Below, in pieces: positions 46,006 to 52,536 of a stretch of 52,536 bases of DNA. The stretch covers positions 1-52,536 of the IMG/VR virus record IMGVR_UViG_3300047301_000210, one strand, 5' to 3'. Made by a program: the position numbers and the translations under genes. Source of the stretch: a virus. Lineage: Duplodnaviria > Caudoviricetes. Position 1 is the stretch's first letter. Every line of letters begins with the position of its first letter. The notes under the pieces were generated by a model that saw only the letters and a list, made by a program, of their open reading frames with translations, was not told where the DNA came from and searched no databases.

Positions 46006-46206
46006 ATGAGTGAAGAGTCTGCTACGAATGGCCGCAAGGTCAGAAGGGAAAAACTTCGCAAGTTGATTGAACAGGCCGAGGTGCTGGGGTCTTGCGATCT
46101 GCCAGATCAAACTAGTTCAGAAAATGAGGCACTGGCGAACGAGTTAATCAAAATTCGTTCCAGTATTCGCAAGCGAGAGCAGAAATGCGAAAATCAGAGC
46201 GCCTAA
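46006..46206 (+). CDS. hypothetical protein
   Basis: GGAG RBS, 66 aa. Confidence 0.65.
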   Translation: MSEESATNGRKVRREKLRKLIEQAEVLGSCDLPDQTSSENEALANELIKIRSSIRKREQKCENQSA

Positions 46207-46667
46207 AACAAGAGATTGTCGACATGATTGTCGACTTTCTTGCGAAATCAAAAGTAGTGGGGGCGATGTTCTCCCGCTACAATGTCGACATCGACAAAAT
46301 TCACGATGTCGATATTCGATTTGGCAACATACCTGTTAGTGCAAAGACCAGAGACGAGGTTATCTTCATAAACGAGGCTTTCCTTGAAGATGGATCATTC
46401 GCCAATGAGCTGCATTATATCGTTCATGAGCTTTGCCACTGGCTTCAACAGCATACTGATGACCCTTACGATCTGATTCCTGATGGTAAGATGAGATACC
46501 TTGATATGCTGACAGAGGTGGAGGCATTTTGTTTTCAGGTCCGGTTTATGCGTGAATTTTATGGAAATGCTAGGGCCGAGAAGTACGTAGAAGACCTATT
46601 AGATTTTCACAGTATCAAGGGCGAAGAGAGAGCAAGTAAGAAAAAGGTTTTTCTTTTGATACAATGA
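46185..46667 (+). CDS. HExxH metallopeptidase-like protein
   Basis: IVHELCHWLQ with a downstream EVEAF third-ligand motif. Confidence 0.75.
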   Translation: MRKSERLKQEIVDMIVDFLAKSKVVGAMFSRYNVDIDKIHDVDIRFGNIPVSAKTRDEVIFINEAFLEDGSFANELHYIVHELCHWLQQHTDDPYDLIPDGKMRYLDMLTEVEAFCFQVRFMREFYGNARAEKYVEDLLDFHSIKGEERASKKKVFLLIQ

Positions 46668-46674
46668 GGCGATA

Positions 46675-48720
46675 ATGCTGGCACCCGTATGGACAGATCA
46701 AAATTTGCCAGGACTCCGGTCTGCTAGAGAGAATATAGCAGACGGTTCTATACATTTGTCAATAACTACTGCTCTACCATCTGCCGCAGGCCTAACTGTA
46801 TCGTATTTCATATACGCCGGGCCCACCACCCCTGATCCTGTTCCTTACTTTATTGTGTTCGACACTGAAGTCGATATTCCAAATACTATTTTTGACATCG
46901 ACTGGCAAACTGGTAACAATTGGGCCTACAAAGTTACTGCATCCAATGGGGCGATCTCTGGGCCAAATGGATTGACAGAGGTTGCTCCAGGAGTTTATCT
47001 ATTTCCTCTTGAGCTTCAACTTGCGAATAGCTTTTCATTAGGCGACACAGAGATGATGGTAGGTCTAGAGCCGGGGTACCCTCCTGCGGGAAAGCTGACA
47101 ACAGAAGCTGGCAACATCTTCTCGTATGACGGTTATGTCTTAGGCGTTGGCCCACTCACAGGCACAATGTCTCTGTTAAATATAGTCCAAGGACTTGAAG
47201 GGACAGCTCTTTTGCCAGATTTTTTTCCTGACAGGGAGTTGTTATTTCTTTGGAAGGGCGGAGAAGCCCAAGCAAACATAGTGACAGCAATTCCTTCTTG
47301 TGGGCTGACAAAACCAGCATGGATCGATCAAAGGCATATCGGCCTAGAGAGAGTCGAGGACTTGGGCGATGGATATAGTGTAAATCTTTTTTGGGATTTT
47401 GCCACTGCTCCTGATGGCTTCAGCGAACCATACTATAACGTATATACCTCTTCGTCGACATATCAGCTTTATTCCGGGCCACCGCACTCGTTCGCAGCAG
47501 GATCGCCTGTGAGGCTCTCTGGCTTCCGACCTGACGCAGGGTACTCTTTCGGCGTCAGAGCCTCCTATTTTCTGGCTGACTTCGCTACAGAGGGCATGCA
47601 GACTGTGTCTGGTGCGACACGCTACCCAACCAAAACGCAGCTGACGGCCGATTTGATCGCAGCCGCTCTGTCGACAATAGATGTTGGCTCTACAGCGGGC
47701 TACCCCAATTCAGGTCTGCTCGTCATTGGCCGAGAGGTCGTAAGGTATTCATCTAAAACGGCCACATCGTTTGTTCTTAGCGGAAGAGATGTATTTGGTA
47801 TTGGAAGGTCTGAAGATTTGCCGGCCGGAACATCTATAGAGATGTTTCGAGGAGTTGAAGAGCAAAACCCTTATTTTTGGAGGATGACGACCAGTTGGGA
47901 TTCCACTGGTGTTGGCGCAATTCCAATTCCTTTTGTGGACGGCTATTTCGAAAATCTATATCTTCAAGATAACGATGGTTATCGACACATCCCTATTGCG
48001 GATTTCAACGAGAATCACGATAATGTCATTACTGATGCTGCGGCTGCAGATCCATACAATTACTGTGGATTGCGAAACAATGACCCCTCTCAGTTTCTAG
48101 GCGGAGCTTATTGCGCTCCCAACACCGTTCATGGCACTGGAAGCTACCATGGCAACAGTATGCTAGGGCAGGCCGGTGGTATCGACATATTCGAAGGAAA
48201 TCTTGCAAGACAGGAACTCCTATTGGGCGTCACTGGTGAGCCATTTGTTTTGCTTAGAAGGAAATGGACAGGAAAGACTTGCCCACGTACATCTCATCGA
48301 AATGAACATCCTGACGGAAGATGTGCACTTTGTTTTAGCACTTCTTTCGAAGGTGGGTATGACCGCTTCATCAATACAAGATTGATTCGCCCATCTGAGG
48401 CAAACTCCAATGGGTTTGTGCAAATGAGAGTAACTCCATATGCAGACGAAGTAGATCTTATCGACACTCGAGGTTTTTCCCTAGAGAAAACAGACATCTC
48501 TGCATGGCTACCCGCAATTCCGACTATACGGGATCGAGACATTTTGATTCGGTATACTTTTGATTTTGAATCAAAAATCTATGCGGAAGAGTTTCGATAT
48601 GAGGTTCTTACGGTCAGGCGTAATAAGATAAACCTAGGAAAGGATGGAGCACAACATATAACAATGAAGCGTCTTAACGTGACAGAAGAAATATACAAAT
48701 TTCCAGTCAATTTGATTTGA
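46675..48720 (+). CDS. virion protein: FN3/Ig-like domains plus putative neck/head-closure C-domain with Zn finger
   Basis: V.L.W..A......YNVY...Y.F.VRA FN3 pattern; GEPFVLLRRKWTGKTC...CALC...GGY; 4 DGY. Confidence 0.6.
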   Translation: MLAPVWTDQNLPGLRSARENIADGSIHLSITTALPSAAGLTVSYFIYAGPTTPDPVPYFIVFDTEVDIPNTIFDIDWQTGNNWAYKVTASNGAISGPNGLTEVAPGVYLFPLELQLANSFSLGDTEMMVGLEPGYPPAGKLTTEAGNIFSYDGYVLGVGPLTGTMSLLNIVQGLEGTALLPDFFPDRELLFLWKGGEAQANIVTAIPSCGLTKPAWIDQRHIGLERVEDLGDGYSVNLFWDFATAPDGFSEPYYNVYTSSSTYQLYSGPPHSFAAGSPVRLSGFRPDAGYSFGVRASYFLADFATEGMQTVSGATRYPTKTQLTADLIAAALSTIDVGSTAGYPNSGLLVIGREVVRYSSKTATSFVLSGRDVFGIGRSEDLPAGTSIEMFRGVEEQNPYFWRMTTSWDSTGVGAIPIPFVDGYFENLYLQDNDGYRHIPIADFNENHDNVITDAAAADPYNYCGLRNNDPSQFLGGAYCAPNTVHGTGSYHGNSMLGQAGGIDIFEGNLARQELLLGVTGEPFVLLRRKWTGKTCPRTSHRNEHPDGRCALCFSTSFEGGYDRFINTRLIRPSEANSNGFVQMRVTPYADEVDLIDTRGFSLEKTDISAWLPAIPTIRDRDILIRYTFDFESKIYAEEFRYEVLTVRRNKINLGKDGAQHITMKRLNVTEEIYKFPVNLI

Positions 48721-48730
48721 GAGAAATACT

Positions 48731-50863
48731 ATGGCAACACAATATCCTTCTAACATTGACACGACTGGCACACTTCCATATGTTGTCGATGGCGTTACTC
48801 CCATATTGGGCTCTAACGTCAACACTCTTCGAGATGCAATTGTTGCAATAGAGACCGAGCTGGGCCCAAATCCCAGCGGAGGAACATCTACTACTGTCAG
48901 CGACAGGATCGGTGTACTTGAAGGAGTTGTTGCTGGCTTTGCCCCAGAGGCAGCCTCATATCTTGTTTTAGGTGGATCGATCTCTCTAAGTAACGAGAGG
49001 ATTTTTTCTATTGGGACCGGACTTGTTGGCATTGACAGTGGCGCGGATTCAACGTACACCATCGAACTTGGTCATAGCGGAGTTGTTGCCGGCGTATATC
49101 CGTCGTCAGGGGTCTCTGTAGATGGATATGGCAGAATTACAAATGTTTCTTCTAGTGTGAATGCAGCTACTGCTGGAGTGTATCCGTTTGCAGAGATAAC
49201 TATCGATGGGTACGGGCGCATTACCGACATAACGTCTGGCGCGACTGGGCAGGCAAACACACTACCTTATTGGGTAGATGCTGACACGCTGTCTTATGAT
49301 GGATATGTTCATGTTTTTGGAGATGGCCGCCTGTCACTAAGCCGACCTCAGAATGCACCGACAAAAATTATTGTTGCCAATGAAAGCACGGGCTCATCGG
49401 CAAGCTCTGTGCTTGAGCTGCTTTCTTTTGATGGATATGGCGTCAGACTTTCTTCTTTTCCTGATGGATATTCTGGTTTTGGATTTTCTTTTAACGAGCA
49501 CAGTGGCTTTCTAGAATCGGACACTACATTGGTTCTATCTGCGCGCCCAGGTCCAGTGTATGCTGGCACGGTCTATTTGGCATCGAACTTTCTGGGGTTG
49601 TTAGGGAAAAACAGTAGCCCATGGGCAAGTGTCGAGATTCAAGAAGATACGATTAACGTCAAAAATAAATATTCGTCAAATCTGTACAGTTCTGCCTCGA
49701 TGAATCCATCGCTCAGTGCCCTTTCGGTATGGGGAAGAATAACACTTGGTACAACCGCTGTTGATGACGGATATGGTGTCTCTATTGAGACGACTGATGA
49801 TCTTGCAATTGCTGCGCTTGGCCCAGAGTTGATGATAATGTCAAATTATGCCACTGCATCAAACATCGCGACCGTTTCCGTTGGGGCGATAGACGGAAAC
49901 GGACCGCAAAATAATTCAGCGTGGGTTGATCGTTTCCATGCCTCTGCTGGTCATGTTAAAAAGATTGCCGAATTCACATATGACTCAATTGCAGGAAAGT
50001 CTCAAATGATTCTGGGAGCAACTAGTTCGTTGGCGCAGCTGTTGCTAGGAACAGGGACGGGCGCTTTGCCGGCCTATTCGTTTGTTGGTAATTCAGGGTC
50101 AGGGCTGTCGAGCAGCCCCGGAGGTATGATTGTGTCCGCCGATGGGTACACAGTTGCTGTCATAGACAAAGAGTATTTGACTACTCTTAATCTTGGAAGT
50201 ATGACGAATGGCGTAGCAAACATAAAACTCGCAGAAGGCACGGAGAGCTTTCCAGCTTATGGCTTTTTCCCCGATATTACCTCTGGGTTGTATCGATCTG
50301 CTGCCGACCAAATGGCGATCTCGACTCTCGGTGTCAAGCGCGCGCATGTCGACGCAAACTCTCTCACCACTACTGTTCCGGTTTTGGTTTCATCTGGCAG
50401 TTCTTCTGCGCCATCTCATGGATTTTCGGCGGAAACAAACACCGGATTCTTTAGATCTGAGGCCGGATCAATAGGAATGGCCTTACTTGGCAATGTATCG
50501 CGGAGTGTCTCCGCCACTCTGACCACGACTAATGACACTACAACAACAATTATGTCGATATCTACTTCGTCAAACAGGGCATACCACATCAATTACCGGT
50601 TGGTTGCAAGATCAACGGCTGGCAGCAATGATAATGCTGTACTAACTGGCACTGTAAGAGCAATAAATAAAGCGGGGGTGCTCACGGTAGAGAAAACAGA
50701 ATTCGCTGCGGACTCGGATACGACCCTGGCGGGGTGGCCTGTCGCCGGTAGCATTCTTACCGTAACTACTTCTAGCACAACTATACTTATTCAGGTTGAT
50801 GGACCTGAAAGCCCAGGCGGAGATACTGATTGGCTAATTTTTGCAGACATATTGACTGTCTAA
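48731..50863 (+). CDS. tail fibre-like protein
   Basis: N-terminal YP..ID...N.LRDAIVAIETELG.NP anchor; two AGVYP...xDGYGRIT repeats (49088 and 49172); three G....P...F.....G repeats (~50048-50480); 7 DGY. Confidence 0.75.
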   Translation: MATQYPSNIDTTGTLPYVVDGVTPILGSNVNTLRDAIVAIETELGPNPSGGTSTTVSDRIGVLEGVVAGFAPEAASYLVLGGSISLSNERIFSIGTGLVGIDSGADSTYTIELGHSGVVAGVYPSSGVSVDGYGRITNVSSSVNAATAGVYPFAEITIDGYGRITDITSGATGQANTLPYWVDADTLSYDGYVHVFGDGRLSLSRPQNAPTKIIVANESTGSSASSVLELLSFDGYGVRLSSFPDGYSGFGFSFNEHSGFLESDTTLVLSARPGPVYAGTVYLASNFLGLLGKNSSPWASVEIQEDTINVKNKYSSNLYSSASMNPSLSALSVWGRITLGTTAVDDGYGVSIETTDDLAIAALGPELMIMSNYATASNIATVSVGAIDGNGPQNNSAWVDRFHASAGHVKKIAEFTYDSIAGKSQMILGATSSLAQLLLGTGTGALPAYSFVGNSGSGLSSSPGGMIVSADGYTVAVIDKEYLTTLNLGSMTNGVANIKLAEGTESFPAYGFFPDITSGLYRSAADQMAISTLGVKRAHVDANSLTTTVPVLVSSGSSSAPSHGFSAETNTGFFRSEAGSIGMALLGNVSRSVSATLTTTNDTTTTIMSISTSSNRAYHINYRLVARSTAGSNDNAVLTGTVRAINKAGVLTVEKTEFAADSDTTLAGWPVAGSILTVTTSSTTILIQVDGPESPGGDTDWLIFADILTV

Positions 50864-50872
50864 GGAAACGTA

Positions 50873-51670
50873 ATGACAAAAGACTCAGACATTGAGGCTC
50901 CGTTTTCACTACCAGAGGTTGTGACGCTGGCCAACAGAATGAAGATAGACTTTGACAAAGAAGGATTTTCAGCCAGGGCCCTGCAAAAAGGCATGGCGGT
51001 CGAACTTGAACATTTTTTGCTGACCAAAAAAGATCCATCCGATACTGCGATGATTGCCCTGGATCATCTACGAGAAGATCCTGATTATTACGACAAGCTT
51101 GAGAAGATGGAAGATAGTGCCGATGATGGCGCTCTAGATGAGGTCTCGTCTAAAGAGTTTTCAAAACTAATTTCAAAAGAAGTTCAAGACGCAATGAAGG
51201 AGGCCTCTGCATCCAAATTGGTTAAAGAGTTGACACGGCGGTCAAGTCTTCTGGATAGCTCTGGCCTCATTGGCTCTGCAGACCAGCTGGACGCACATAT
51301 GATAACTGCAACTGCGGGCATAATCGACAGCCTGCGGAAAAAAATAGAAGGATATCGCGAAAGAGCGCGGCGTCGATATGATTCTGATATCACTCCAGAT
51401 GCTCCCATTGCTGCCACAATTAAAAAACTCTCTCCTGGTTTGACAGTAGAGATAGAGGGAGATATGCAGATCACATTCAAGCGAAACACAGACCTAGACC
51501 AGGCAATCAGACAGCATAAGGTCACAATTGACGAAGTTGTCGCAGCAGTAACAAAGACACTCGCTGATGCAACACTGTCTAATTCACTGAGCGCACTAAA
51601 GGCAGCAGACTTTTCAACAAAATATAACAAGGCCAGAGAGCTCGCAACCCTTCATGGAATTTTGCAATGA
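50873..51670 (+). CDS. DUF5661-like protein, candidate head protein
   Basis: GMAVELEH...IALDHLREDPDYYDKLEKME signature (recalled), then KEAS and the shared helical module. Confidence 0.65.
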   Translation: MTKDSDIEAPFSLPEVVTLANRMKIDFDKEGFSARALQKGMAVELEHFLLTKKDPSDTAMIALDHLREDPDYYDKLEKMEDSADDGALDEVSSKEFSKLISKEVQDAMKEASASKLVKELTRRSSLLDSSGLIGSADQLDAHMITATAGIIDSLRKKIEGYRERARRRYDSDITPDAPIAATIKKLSPGLTVEIEGDMQITFKRNTDLDQAIRQHKVTIDEVVAAVTKTLADATLSNSLSALKAADFSTKYNKARELATLHGILQ

Positions 51671-52101
51671 GCGGAGAAAATATGAAGAAATTTGAAGGTA
51701 TTACTGATCGTATTGCGGCGCTCGCCACTGAGCTTGACAGGGCAGGCCTGCATGCCGCAGCATCTACAGTTGACGATCTGTTGCTACGCACCGCGACTAC
51801 ATTGGGAGATCTGAGTGACAAGCTACAGGATTCCAAAGGAACTGACATTGTATTCAAAGAGGAACCAGAGGGTCCATTAGGTCTCTTGGTTGAAACGGAT
51901 GCTGGAGATGAGGTTGTCCGATCTGAAGAAGAGATCGCTCGGTTGGTCCAGGACGGAGCTGCTTCTAAAAACGATATTGTTGCGGCGGCAGAGCGTCACG
52001 CCTATCAGACTGGCTCCTCGAAAAAGATGGCATCTCTACGTGGTGGAGACAGATATTTTGCAGCAATCAAATACGCTCGCAATGAAAAATTGATTTCTTG
52101 A
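51667..52101 (+). CDS. hypothetical protein, candidate internal head protein
   Basis: Alternative start ATG 51682 with GGAG RBS; N-terminal module IAALATELDRAGLHAAASTVDDLLLRTA. Confidence 0.8.
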   Translation: MSGENMKKFEGITDRIAALATELDRAGLHAAASTVDDLLLRTATTLGDLSDKLQDSKGTDIVFKEEPEGPLGLLVETDAGDEVVRSEEEIARLVQDGAASKNDIVAAAERHAYQTGSSKKMASLRGGDRYFAAIKYARNEKLIS

Positions 52102-52121
52102 CAATTTTTCTTGATCTTAGT

Positions 52122-52536
52122 ATGAAGGATCAAGTAAAGACAGTTCCAGTTACTAGTATAATTGCAGCAGTTGCGATTGTAGCCTTTTTAGCCATGAGTG
52201 CACTAGGGTACAATATGTGGCGCAAGTTATTAGATGCACAAGCTACTATTGAGGATCAGGCTGGCGCATTGTCTGGCTCAAAATCGGAGCTTCAAAAAAT
52301 GAATCAACAGCTAGGCTTGGCTGAAACGACAGTAGTCTCACGAGATAAGATAATAAAAGACTACGTGGTAACCATGCGAGAGCTGAAAAAAGAGCTTGAC
52401 GGATTAAAGGGTGCAAAAAGAGTTGCTCCCATCTCCAAAGATAAGATTGTTGTTGTTGTGGAGAAAACGATTGATGGCGGAATTCAGACGGTAAAAGAGG
52501 ACGCTGGAATCGTTGCCTATAACTGGGCTGATCCGA
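52122..52536 (+). CDS. membrane-anchored coiled-coil protein (i-spanin-like), 3'-truncated
   Basis: Open frame from ATG 52122 to the window end: MKDQVKTVPVTSIIAAVAIVAFLAMSALGYNMW followed by coiled coil. Absent from the ORF track because there is no stop in the window. Confidence 0.6.
   Translation, partial: MKDQVKTVPVTSIIAAVAIVAFLAMSALGYNMWRKLLDAQATIEDQAGALSGSKSELQKMNQQLGLAETTVVSRDKIIKDYVVTMRELKKELDGLKGAKRVAPISKDKIVVVVEKTIDGGIQTVKEDAGIVAYNWADP

Noticed and set aside
47128-50149. DGY motifs as FG-GAP/EF-hand-like calcium-binding repeats (DxDxDGYxD)
   Set aside because: Most occurrences lack the upstream D/N-x-D/N and the downstream acidic ligand, and spacing is irregular. Only 47974 (QDNDGY) partly fits.
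36482-50863. Diversity-generating retroelement or invertible tail-fibre cassette
   Set aside because: No reverse transcriptase or recombinase is present, and the repeats differ at all base types, not only at adenines.
52098-52126. Sigma70-like promoter TTGACA-17-TATGAA
   Set aside because: The -10 lacks the conserved final T and overlaps the likely ATG of the next gene, so it cannot be supported without TSS data.
1-52536. Alternative genetic code (stop-codon reassignment), as seen in some large phages
   Set aside because: Genes are full length and tightly packed under the standard code, and TAA, TGA and TAG (43139-43141) all serve as stops.
1-52536. CRISPR array, tRNA or rRNA genes
   Set aside because: No regularly spaced DNA repeats or cloverleaf/T-loop signatures were seen, and intergenic gaps are mostly under 120 bp. 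A covariance-model scan would be needed to exclude small RNAs fully.

Overview
This window is the virion-morphogenesis region of a large (probably jumbo) tailed dsDNA phage. It is densely coded, uses the standard genetic code, and all but one credible gene lie on the + strand. From 1 to 27 kb it holds small head-associated genes, a divergent class II (CCA/poly(A)-polymerase-type) nucleotidyltransferase, an intein-split large terminase, portal, M23 and HExxH peptidases, a prohead protease fused to a scaffold with its own internal start, candidate internal/ejection proteins, two decoration-like paralogs, a protein-kinase-like gene and the major capsid protein. From 27 to 52.5 kb come a GIY-YIG homing endonuclease with 7 DNA-binding repeats, thyA-folA, tail/fibre/neck genes with a second GIY-YIG endonuclease, a patatin/HNH/cold-shock insert, and a spanin-like gene that runs off the end. 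I found no tRNA, rRNA, CRISPR array or integrase. The most unusual signals are protein-level codes spread across unrelated genes. (1) An Asp-Gly-Tyr (DGY) tripeptide occurs 18 times in predicted outer virion proteins, written with varied codons; it may be a modification sequon or surface tag. (2) A shared ~25-30 aa helical module (L..A..LD..G....A...D..L) occurs in about 8 unrelated proteins, often ending in a K/R-x-A motif. K-x-A-[S/A] also recurs at domain boundaries across the head module. Together these suggest a capsid-addressing and protease-release system for packaged cargo. All family assignments come from motif recognition by eye, not database searches.
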